NCBI GenBank assembly: GCA_000165425.1
Contig: CT868007.1
Coordinates: forward strand, 62,001-126,000
Direction of reading: 5' to 3'
Source of the DNA: Paramecium tetraurelia
Taxonomy: Eukaryota
DNA length: 64,000 nt
Program-made: the position numbers and the translations under genes
Notes under the pieces: model-generated
The model's input: only the letters and a program-made list of their open reading frames with translations
Told to the model about the DNA's origin: nothing
Databases searched by the model: none
Shown: positions 28,032 to 39,961 of the stretch, in pieces
Numbering within the stretch: the first letter of the stretch is position 1
Layout of the letters: the number at the start of each line of letters is the position of its first letter

Positions 28032-29993
28032 ATGAAACAAATTGAAATCGACAAAGAATCAGACCAACCAACAATTCAAGAAGAAACCTTGTTAAAGACT
28101 GAATAATATTTGTGTCCAGCCAATAGAAATCATAAATTGTAAAGTCTTGACAAATTATTATCTCATCTACATACATGCAAAGAAGTTAAATTGGCTGACA
28201 AACCTCGATTCGTATACTATTGTTAAGTATAACCCCTATCTATACAAGTATTATCAAGGCCATTGTTTTTTGACAACAGAGGACCGAGAGAAACATGAAA
28301 GGACTTGCCAATGGAGAATAGGGTTAAAAAAGTAACCTGATCCCACAGCCAACAAGTATTCAATCATCTAGCCTCTGGGCAAACCGATTAATCCTCAGCA
28401 ACAGCAAAAACCTGTTGCTTACACAGATTAGCAACAAAGAAATTATGAGTATGCCATCAAGAAAGGTTTAATCAAGAAGAAGGCATATGATGAATACATA
28501 CCCGAGGATGGGTTCGAATTCAACAAGGATTTTAAGAAAGTGGATGAGTTGATGAAATTGTAAATCTAGAAAAACATTTCAGGTTTATAATTTTATAATT
28601 TTATAATAGATTAAAATTAGAATAATATACAGTTTACATTTAAAACCCATTTTTTTATGGTCCAGCCTCAAAACAAGTAATTGATCGAATTTCTGATAAA
28701 GAGAATCCCTTATAATCTGTACTTTAGGAAACATAAGGTAAATGTACAATAATTCAGTTTAGTTTTATAGAGAAGAGGAGAAGAATTAAATTGTCTAGAA
28801 GTTTCTAATGAAGGAGAAGAAGAGGGAGTAGAGAAGACAAAAGGGCAAGCCTGATATTAAATATAATATGGTTAATCAGATACCCAATGATATCCTATTG
28901 AGTTTGTTGAATTTCAATACATATGAAGATTATTTAGACAAATAGATGGATGTAAAAATATATTCTAAAATAGGAATTCGTAAATTGTAAGAAGATGGAA
29001 GAGGAAAATGTTCTTACGTCTACGTATTTGATGACCACAGGCAAAAAGGCGATTTTCATTCTTTAGATTGGCAGGGACTTCAAGGATATCTTCGGTAGGA
29101 ATATCAACCTATTGGATTTTAAGGCTATATTTGCAGATTTCCTAGCATTTTCGTTTAAAAGGGATGAGAATATGAATAAGCAGATTGAGCCATATCTAAC
29201 TTAAACATCAGAACATGTAGAGAGTGGTAAAAATTAAAAACAAAATTAAAACATTTTTGAGGAAGAGATAGACATTTAATAGTAGAGATTGATAGGAGAA
29301 TTGAAGGCTAAACTTGAGATATAGAAATAAAAGAACCAGGAGGATAAAAGTCAGTTGGAAAGAAATCAAAGGGAATTGCAGGAGTTGATTGAGAAGAAAA
29401 AGTGTTTGATTTAGAAGGAATCAGATATTGAACAATAAATAAAGAGAGTCAATGCTTAAATCAATTCATATCATTCAAAGATAAAATCATATAAATAGGA
29501 GTTGGAATTGAAGAATCAGGAAAAAATAAAAATCTTATATGATTAGAAGGAGAAAGAATTGAACGAGTTTATTGATGCATTGAATCAGTAGGTGAATCAA
29601 TATGAGAGCAGTCAATAGGAGATTAAGGATGAGATCTAGAGTTTGAAGGAGGAAAAGCAGAAGTTGAAAAGTACAATTAATAGATTACAACCGTTTAAAT
29701 TATAATTGGAGAGATAATTGGAGGATCTTCAAAAGCAGGAAAGCAGTGTCCCTTAGTAGATGACTTAGTCAGAATATTATACTGGGAATGAATTTGTGTT
29801 TGACATTTCTGATAAAATAAAATGTAAGGCGTGTAAGATAAGAAAAATAAATGTTGTTTATATTCCTTGTGGAGATGCAGCATTGTGTAAGATTTGCCAC
29901 GAAAAGTTTGAATAGTTGTTACCTCATGTCTGTCCGATATGTGAGCAGTTTGTAAAAAGAGTTTATCATTTTATGTGGGAAAATGAAGGATGA
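28032..29993 (+). CDS. Tandem CHHC (U11-48K/GTSF1-type) zinc finger, coiled coil and C-terminal RING protein
   Basis: CPANRNHKLQSLDKLLSHLHTC and CQYYQGHCFLTTEDREKHERTC near the N-terminus; long heptad region at about 29250-29750; CKAC-x11-CGD-x3-CKIC-x11-CPIC at the C-terminus; 4 tiny introns keep one frame. Confidence 0.8.
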
Positions 29994-30174
29994 TACATTA
30001 TATATTATATATGTTCTATAAAATCAGATGTAAACCTTGAATGGTTCAAACTTAAACAGGTTTTACTATTTTTAATTGATATTTTAATTATCAAATAAAC
30101 ATAACAGTCTTACAGCTTAATTTACAATATAATTTTGTTTATAATAAACTTAATATTAATTATTTTTGGATTCT

Positions 30175-31659
30175 ATGACATCAAATGTGTGTGGATCAAG
30201 TTAATACTCACTATTCCAAGGTGCCAATACCCTTAAATGTCTAAACATTAAAGATTTTTGTGGATCGTATTCCTAATGTCTTTAAGTAAATGATTAAATT
30301 GGGGCAATGGGTTATGGATGTTGCAGAGAAGATTATCTTTACCCAAGAGCGGCCAACATCATCGTTTATATTCTAATCATTCCAATAATTGGGATAGGCA
30401 GTTTAGGAGCTTTGGGAGGTAGAATCGTTAATTAAGCATTAGGTGGTGTGGTGAAGAGGCCATTTTTGGAGGCTGTTCTAAATTTCAATTCAGGTCTTTC
30501 AGGAAACATTACTGCGTGTCTTATGTTTGGAGCCCAATTAGTTAATCAGATAATTATCACATTCTAGAAGTAATAAAATTATAGAATGAAAGACATCCCT
30601 ACCACCCTTAGCGTCCAGCTGTCAACTATGAGGTCGGGATGATTTATGCCTTGGCCATTCCACTTTCTATGCAATTTGGATAGGAATTAGCAAGCTACAT
30701 GCCGCTATTACCAGTTTTAACTATATAGATGATGTTTTTCATTGTCATTCTTCCAATTTGCCTATTGTACGCAAAAAGACAAGAAGTAGTTGAATAAGAA
30801 TTAGAGGAAGATTACACTGATTCTCATATTTCTATGACAACTGCTTTTAAAGGCTCAATTCAAGATGAAGCTTAGGCTGCCTTAGTGTATAAATAGTTTC
30901 TAGATGAATCTCATTAAATCCTACCTCTCTTACCCATCCTTATTGCCATTGGAAGTTTCGCAGCTAACGAAGCAGTGATTCTTTCTAGAACAACGCTTTA
31001 TTAGACATCGCCTTATTACCCAAAGAGATCTTCAAATTAAAAACTAGATCCATGCGATCCTTGGAATTTCTATATGATGATTGTATTATTTGCAGTGAAC
31101 ATTTTCATTACTGGATTAACCTTATTGTATTTCAGATACAAAGAACAAATTAAGGACAATGTGAGGTACAAATTAAAGGAAAGATACTTTACTCCAACCA
31201 GAAGGTTCTTTAAAATATACGGAGCTGGATGTGCTACTGGTTTTATAGCAGGATTTTTAGGCATGGCAGCAGGTTTAACGATGTTTGTTACAATGGTATA
31301 ATTTGGTTTGGTTGCTGCTTCTGCAGGGGCAACAGCAAATTACGGTTATTTTATTGTGTGTCTACAAGTATTTGTATCATTCATGGTCAGCGACTCTGGA
31401 ATGCCAATTGGTGATCAGTTTTTCTTTTACGGAATAGGGGTAAGTGTAATTGATAATGCCTTAGATTTTAGGTGTCTTGATATTCACCAACCTAGGCTAT
31501 TACTACATTAATAAATATAAAATAGGGCATATATTATTTTATATTGATTTTGCCATTGTAGTCTTAAACATAGCTGGTAACATTGCATGGGGAGTAGAAT
31601 AAAATCATAGATAAGGTTTTAATTCTATAGTCGATATCAATCAATCCTGTAGAACATGA
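30175..31659 (+). CDS. Sulfite exporter TauE/SafE family membrane protein (paralog A)
   Basis: GSLGALGGGVVKRPFL, RHPYHPQRPAVNYE and GFIAGFLGMAAG motifs; 3 introns. Confidence 0.85.
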
Positions 31660-31722
31660 TTTTATTTATTTATTAAAATAGTTTATTATTAATAATATTT
31701 ACTATCATTTTTTAGAATTTCA

Positions 31723-32545
31723 ATGAACTAATGCTTAATATGTTTCGAAGACACTGAGTTTAGTCTCAATTGTTAACATTACTATTGTTTGAAATGTCTA
31801 GTTAACATGATTTAAGTGAAACTTAAGGCATTATAACTAACATCAGATGATTATAAATGTCCAGAATGCAAATTCAAGTTTTCTGTTGAAGTCTTCAAAA
31901 ACACAGAAATCTATAATGATTTAATAGAATATTCTTTAAAACATAATTGCATCGAAAACTTAAATGATGATGAAATGATTGTCGACTGTGGTCATGATGA
32001 TTGCAATAATAAGTTTATTGTTAGCAAAAATGCTAGTAAATATTGTTTTCATTTAGAATATTCCAGATGTCCTGTTTGTAAATAAATTTATTGCTTGAAT
32101 TGTCGTAAACCATATGAATCTAAGTGTTGCCAATAAGCTATCACTGGAAAGTGTCCTAGATGCAAGATAAAGGTTTTTAAAGAGGAAGGGTGTAATTTTT
32201 TGAAATGCCAGTCCCAATATTGCAAAGGATAGGTCTACTTCTGCGGAATATGTTTTCTCATTTTAAAAAAGGAAGATCATTACTCACATTTTATTGATAA
32301 TAATCCCTATAATGCTTGTAGAATAGGCAAAATCAAACCGAATAAGTAGAAATGTCCTGGATGCTTAACATTAAATCCATTGCAATGCTAAATTATTGAA
32401 AATTTAAAGTATTCAAACTTAAACTTATGAAAGTTAATGCTATTGTAAGAGTAATGTTTGTAAAGAGAGTCTGTACTGCTTAAGTTGTTCAAAGAAGATC
32501 TAGAAGAATGAAGCTCATGAGTGCAAGCAATGTTCTATTATGTGA
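31723..32545 (+). CDS. RBR (RING-IBR-RING) E3 ubiquitin ligase with extra Cys-rich domain and C-terminal CaaX
   Basis: RING1 CLICFE..CQHYYCLKC..CPEC; IBR CGHDDC..CPVC..YCLNC; RING2 KCPRCKIKVFKEEGCNFLKC..C..FCGIC; ends HECKQCSIM*. Confidence 0.87.
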
Positions 32546-32743
32546 AATACTTTATAATTTATTATTAATGAATGTTAATATTTAGTAGTATATTAAGTAG
32601 TTTTTAATATACTTGTAAATTGGATGAGATATCTGTTTATATTATTTATTTTTCTTAATAATTTTAAGATACAATAATGATTAGAAAATGATGATTGCTT
32701 ATTATTTATTAAAAATAATAATAATAATTTATGATTGTTTATA

Positions 32744-35700
32744 TCATTCTTCATTTTCTTAGATTAAATTGACAGATCCTTCGACTTACAAGAATGTTCC
32801 ACCACCTTTGATGATTCTGCCTGAGTTAAATCCTTGGTTGGCGAGTAGAGCTGACAAGATTCTATCAGGAGGAGGTGCAGGATCAACTGGCCACTCTCTT
32901 GGTTCTGGACTTGTAGTAAATGCACCATCACCGATACCCAAATACCCAATCAAAGGCTTCACCCTAAAGAAATGAGAATGATCAATACATCAAATTGTTT
33001 GCCATAGCCATCCTCAGAGAAGAACACACTCAAATAATTTGGAACAAAGTGATAGATCTCCTCAAACAGGTAAGAGTTGGCTGTTTAATCGATTTAACGA
33101 ATGTATGCATAGGCTTATTTAAGATGGAAGGAATATCCAAAGTAGAAGTATGTCCATTTACCCCAATATTTACCAATTTCAAATTTCTTGTCGACTAAAG
33201 ATATAAATATAAATAATTACTTGAACCAACATCATCATCTATAGTTTCAATGTCTCCATAATCATAAGTACTGAAATACCAGACACCTTTATCAATGAAG
33301 ATGGACAGAGTTCTATCTCCTGCATTGTCATTATCAGCTTGGATATCTGGAGTATTTTATGTGACTCTGACAAGTGAAGTCCAATCAGTAACATTCTTTA
33401 ATTTATTACCCTTAGCAAATCCATAAACACTGTATTCAAAGACACCACTGTACTTCTCTTCATATGATTTGAACACTCTTTAAGTCATCTTGGCTTTTTC
33501 TACTTATACTGGTTCATTATCTTATTTATCTTTGTATGGTGGATAAGGTCTGAATTTGGGAACAATAACGTTGAGTAAGTCTTCACTTGAATCAATATAA
33601 CTGTTCTTGCCCAAAAATGCTCTTGGATCAAACAATTTACCTTAGAAGGCTGAATGTCCGAATTCTTTCTTTCCAATAACGAGTCTGGCATAATCTCTCA
33701 ACAACCAATGTTTAGCACTATCAATTTCAACTCTCTTAACAACATTTTGATGTGTAAGATAGACATATCCAATACCCTTTGGTCCAGTTGGAATTCTCTT
33801 GTAGCAGAAATAGACGAAATTCCAATATCCTTCTAATTCTTTATCAAATTTGGTTCCTGTTGTGATCTCATTCTTATCAAGAACTGCATCATAAGTGCTG
33901 AATTTGTATTCTCCTCTTCCTACAAATGCTGATACTGTTCTGTCTCCATTCTTTTAAGCATCTTCGTATTAAGCATTTGTTGTGAATCTAAATATGGAGT
34001 GGGATTCAGCTTTTTCTAATAAAATGAATGGATAGTTCATCAACCATCTAGTCCATAAACCAATACCATATTCATATATGGCTTCAATGTCAGATCCTGG
34101 GAAATTAGTCTATGTAAATTCAACATCCAATGCTGGTTTGTCATCTTTAGCATAAATCAAAGCATCGGCATCATTTTAAACATAGAATTCAAAGTAATTA
34201 TTAAGTTTGTATGGGATCCAAGCTGGAAGATCAACTTCTACTTCGACCTTATCAACATAGTGCCAGCATTAGGTGCTACCATAACAAGCATGAACATGTC
34301 TAGATTTACCAATGAAATTCTTATTAATTCCATCCTTTCCGAAATATACAGCAAGGTATTTTGGAGAGAAGTGCAATACTTTCTTTAATAAACCACCTTT
34401 GCTGACATCTGGGAATCCAAAGAACCAACCAGCGTATTCATCTTGTCTGGAATATCCAACCCAAATGTACATCCAAATTCCTCTATATTCTCCTAAAGCA
34501 ACGTTTGTATTTCTATTAAGATTGAAATCAGTATCAATAAATCCAATGTCATAGGTTCCAATTTCCATATCTCCACCTTTTTGAATAACTGACAATGTTC
34601 TATCTCCTAGCAAATTAGCATCCTTACAAGAATCCTGGCTCATTATTGGTTAATCTGATAACAGTTTATGCCTCAGTATCATCTAAACTTCCATAATATT
34701 TGAACCATCCATAGACTGAATATTATTCTGTTTCAATTGCTCCATCTTCATATAAAAAGGTATTATATGTTTCAGTATCTTTGTTATCAGCACCTTAGAT
34801 TTCATAATCCTTTGTTCCTAATTCTTCGTCAACTGGGACCTTGTATTATTCAATCCATGTTTCATATTCAGCGATTTCATTAATAAATGATCCTCTTCCA
34901 AATCTGACAACTGCATGAGCTATTCTACCATTAAATCCATAAACAGTAGATTTCCATTATCCAACATAGAATCTAACATAATTGTTAGCAGGATCAGCAT
35001 CAAATGGATCGAAAACTGTTCTTTGCACTTACTTCAATTTGTTGAAATTAACATATCCAACAGCAATTTACTTCAATTTTGAATAACTGAAATAGATGTA
35101 ATTCCAATATCCATCTAAATTCTTTCCATAATTAACAGGTCTTCCTGAACCAGCCCAGAATTCATAATTTCCTCTTCCAATGTATACTGCAAATTCAGCT
35201 TCATCTTAATCTGTAAATCCTAATCTACCAACCAAAATACGCTCAGGTTTCTCATAGATTCTTTATGGATTTGTGATGAAGAATTTAGTCCACATTCCGA
35301 ATCCATATTCATAAACACCATCTGTTACCCAATCTGGTTCATCATGAAGTAAAGTATCATATTCAGATTCTGTTTTGTGATTCAACCATTTAGGATCATA
35401 TGTTTTCAATTATACTCCAGGCCATAACTTAATCTTGCCAGTCTTATAGTCATCGAAATCTATAGCAGATCCCCATGCACCCTTTCCAAATCTGATTGTT
35501 GTGTAGGCTGTCTTTCCATGGAAGAAAAATTAATGTCCTTGTCCCAAATAGAGTGCCCAATATTTGGCTACAACATGCCAACCTTTGAATTGTTTTTCAA
35601 CTTTGTCATCTGGCCATTCCATGTAGTATGTGAAATCACCATGATTATATCCAAAGTATGCATATGTCCATAATTATTGTGATTCTTAAGCAATAACAAC

Positions 35701-38300
35701 TTTTTCATCGATGTCACTGAACTTGTCCTTCTCTTCGACTGTATATGTAGAGAATTAATATTCATTTTATTCAGTTTACCATAATGAAAGTGCTTTCAAT
35801 CCATGAGGAATTATTCCTACTTCTGGTTCGTTGGATGTAAATCTAAATATAACTTAATGAGCTCTTTCAGATCTTCTTACATATCTAAACCAAGTGGATA
35901 CTGAATATTCTCTGTATCCATCTAAATCCCATTTGAACTTGGGATCATCGATCAAACCATCATATTCAACTTTGTCATAGTATTATTTCTCCTAATATTC
36001 TAATTCAGGGTCTGTTGGAACAGTGTATTTGGTTTCAATCAAATTTTTCATCTCTTCCTCTGTCTCAACAAATGAATTCTTATTCAAGACAACTCTAACA
36101 TTGGTGATGACTCCGTTGAATCCTTTGAATCCCTTCCAAAGTCCAGATTGGAATTTAATAGTTTTAACAATAGCTGGTTGAGTAACTTTGAATGTGACAC
36201 TCTTGATTACTTAAGTTCTACCCCAGTAAATATAACCATTGGCTTTTCCTTCTTTATATCCGAAATAGACATAAATCCATTCAGCATCCAAATACTTGCC
36301 ATAATCCAATTATAATTCAGTCACAACTTCTCCTTCAAATACTTAGAAATTATAGAATCCTTCTCCAATAGTTGTTACTAATCTATTTGTGTCATCTCCA
36401 CTCAAACCTCCAACAGCCAAGACTTCCTTCTTTTCTGCAATCTTAACCTTTCCATTGTATCTGAAATATGTCCATAATCCATAACTGTATTCAACTGATG
36501 TCTTGATTCTGCTATCAGGTCCATCTTCAACATCTTTTTCCCAAGGTGATGTTTCTTATGTAACAACACTGTCAGTTCTCTTGTCTAAAGTATAAACAAG
36601 TTATTCTAATTCTGGTTCTGGTTCATCTGGGAATTCTAATCTACCGAAATCGTCATCTTCTTCCTCTTCAACTAATTCCTCAACAATCTCCTCAACTATT
36701 TCTTCAACTATTTCCTCAACTATTTCCTCAACAATCTCTTCAACAATTTCCTCAACAATTTCTTCTACTGTTTCTTCTTATTCTTCAACTTTTTCATCAT
36801 CTGGTGTTGGTTCTACAACAACTTCCTCTTCTGGTTCTTCTCTAACAATAACTTCTTCTTCTGGCTCAGGTTAAGGTTCTGGTTTAGGTTCTGGTTATGG
36901 TTGTGGTTTAGGTTCATCTTCATCATCTTCAACAATAATAATGATTGGTTGTTCTTAACATCCTGGATATCCACAACTTGGTTAATAAGCACTTGGACCT
37001 GTTGCTGCATCAATCAATGTATCAATCAAATCTTCCAAGACATCATCTCCACAACCATCTTCCTCTTCTGATTCCCATTCAAATTCCTCTTCTTCCTCAA
37101 CCTCTTCTTCTTCTTCTGATTCTGGTTCAGGAACTGGTTCACATTCTTTAGCCTTTTTGGCTTCTTCAGCTAATCTCTCAGCTTCTTCTGCTCTTTTTCT
37201 TGCCTCTTCAGCTGCCTCCTAAGCCTCTTTCAATCTTCTTTATGCTTCCTCGGCATCTAAGCACGCTTCTTCTTCCTTATTTTAGGCATTTTCCAAAATC
37301 TATTATGATTCTGCTGCTTTCTCAGCTGCTTCTTATGCCTCTCTAGCATCTTTTTCAGCCTATGTTTCAGCTTCTTATTCAGCCGACTTAGCAGCATCTA
37401 ACTCTTGTTCTGCTTCATGTTCCAATTCCTCTGCTAATTCCAATTCCTTCTCAGCTTATTATTCTAATAATTCAGCTTCTTCTGGCGTGATATCTACTCT
37501 GTTCTTCAATTCTTCTAATTCTCTAGCTTCTTCTTCCTTTCTTCTTTCTTCCTCTGCTGCTGCTTCAGCTGCTGCTTTTGCTTCTTCTTCTGCTCTTAAT
37601 CTGGCATCTTCTTGTTCTTATTCTTTTCTTCTTTCTTCTTCTTCAGCTTTGGCATCAGCCTCTAATTATGATGCCCATTAATCCTTGCATTAAGATGTTT
37701 TTTCGTTGACTCTTGTGGCAAGATCATAGAGTTAATCAATTTCAATGGGGATGGTATTTAATTACAATTAGATTTCAGTTATTTGTTGGATCAACTCTGA
37801 GATCTTGGTAGCTATGGTTTAAGCCAATTATAATTTGTCTTCATCACCTAACATATAGATTTATGATTAATACTCTTTGCTTTATTAAGTACTTCCAAGT
37901 ATCCCAAAATATCGTTAATATCATACCAGGATGAAGTAGATTCGATTTGAGAAAGTGATTTGAAATGCTTTGAGATCTGATGATGCAACTATTTGACTTG
38001 AATAAACGATCCTCCTTGAATGTGTTAGACTGTTAGCAAAACTCTATCAACTAAAGCCTTGACCATAGCCAAAACCTACAAATCTCCATCAAATCCTTCT
38101 TTGTGTTTGACAATGTCGATCCATTAATCAATATCATGCTATGCTCCCAACTATTCCTTATAGCTTGGACTCTCGCAAGTCCATCCAGAGGGATCAATTG
38201 ATAAAATTGACTCCAAAGGGGTTATCTACGTCCTAGCAGACGTCTTGAACTGTAAAGACACGCTGACTAGCAGCCATGCCACTAGCAATTACTTTAACAT
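32744..38300 (-). CDS. Giant secreted protein (about 1830 aa): signal peptide, charged helical stalk, PE/EEIV repeats, six roughly 200-aa beta-rich (ConA/LamG-like) domains
   Basis: MLKQLLVAWLLVSVSLQ signal; recurring [EQ]Y[SG]xxx[WF], DRT[LV]S and WxY[IV]YFGY motifs about every 600 nt; introns near 37848-37873 and 33195-33220; no TM seen. Confidence 0.85.
36664..36770 (-). repeat. 12-nt coding tandem repeat (VEE[IL]) of about 8-9 copies
   Basis: The + strand shows repeated ttcctcaac(t/a)a(t)-type units; the minus strand translates as VEEIVEEIVEEI... Confidence 0.85.
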
Positions 38301-39961
38301 AAATATATTTATAATCCGTTTTTATATATTGATTAGAATATAAACAATCAGAATACCTGAGCTGACTTTAATTATAGGATCTGAACTTGATCAAAGTATT
38401 CTAAGCAAAGCTTCAACAACCTTGATATTGTTAGATTATTCTCCGAGGGGTAAATTGAAATTATTAGCAAAGGATGATAATTCTCTTCAAAGGGAATAAC
38501 TATTTAAAACTCCATAAAGTTTCCACTAATTCTACTTTTTTTTTGTATAAATTAAAGATTAGTTCCAACCCTTTCAAATATGATTAATGATATGGGCAAT
38601 AGCAAATCAATTGAATGATAAATATGATTTTTCAGTTCTATTATTGTTTAAGAATTGATAATTGGTAATCTATTATGATGTGTTTACTTAAGCTATAAGT
38701 TTCATAAAGAACCTTTATTAATTAATATCTACATATATTCAGGAAACTTGTATCCTTCTCATTTACTTTATTTATCAATTGTTCCTAAGTTTCTTTAAAT
38801 ATTTTATCGCTTATGAATAAGATATATTAAATGAGAGAGCAAATATTATCTTCGAATCAAACCAAGATCTAGTGTATTTATTGGATTTCTCTTTTTTTTA
38901 AGACTTAAGCGATTAGCATAATAAAAATTGATTATTTTTGTTCTTGATCGTATTTGTAAAAACAAAGTTTAAGTTGATTGCTGCAATCATCTTTACTCTC
39001 CTTATGCTTAAGGATTGCGAGTATTAGAATTAAACACAAGACAACTTTTCATCTTCTTCAAATTATTAATTGTAAATCTATTCAAATTTATTTCTCTTTT
39101 ATATCAATTTCACTTTGAGCTCTTTTAAAATCAAGTATTATGCTAAAGTAATATGCTCACGTGATTATGAACAATTGAAAATCATTATTACTCTTGAATT
39201 GATATTAAGTTTCTTAAATATTATTAATAAAATCAATATATATATATATTTTTCTATTTGTTAATATAACTCTCTCTAATGTGTAATGAATTTGTTTTCA
39301 GTATTTGCTAAACACATTCTCACTCTAGAATTTAGCAATTTTTTTATGTATTTCTTGAAATAACAGTGATCATTAATATTAATATTCTTATTCTCAATAA
39401 AAAAACTGAAGACTATATTTTAAATTCATTACATCTTAAATTATGTAACTTATTGTAAAATAATTCTAATTCTTTTGTTTAGATAAACGTATTTCAGACA
39501 TAAATATTCTATAAAATTGGATTCATCAAATCTCTAGCATATTCTTTAGCATCATACCAAATTGACTTTCCTATACCTCTAATAAAGTTGATAAAATTAA
39601 AATTCTCTTTATCAATAAATATATACTCACTAATTTTAGAATTTATGCATATTAAATGATCGCTAATTTAATAACCTTTTACAAACCAAACAGTATAATA
39701 TTGGATTGCTATTTATACAATTAATTCTATTTAAATTATTATAATAATTTGAAATAATATTATTGTAAATTATTTAAAAATTGGAAAAATAATTATTAGA
39801 GCTAAAACACGATATTAGTCACCAAATGTGAAAGAGTATAAATATAGTTTGTCACCATATTTCTTGAATTTTGATTTCATTGCTTATTTTTAAATCTAAG
39901 ATCTTTATTTTGTGTTTTAAATCTTAACCTATGGTTATTAGAGACATTTTTAATTAATTGA

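Noticed and set aside
38400..39950. Long AT-rich spacer considered as a retained IES, transposon or centromere-like DNA
   Set aside because: No terminal inverted repeats, transposase fragments or interrupted gene; TA dinucleotides are too common to be evidence.
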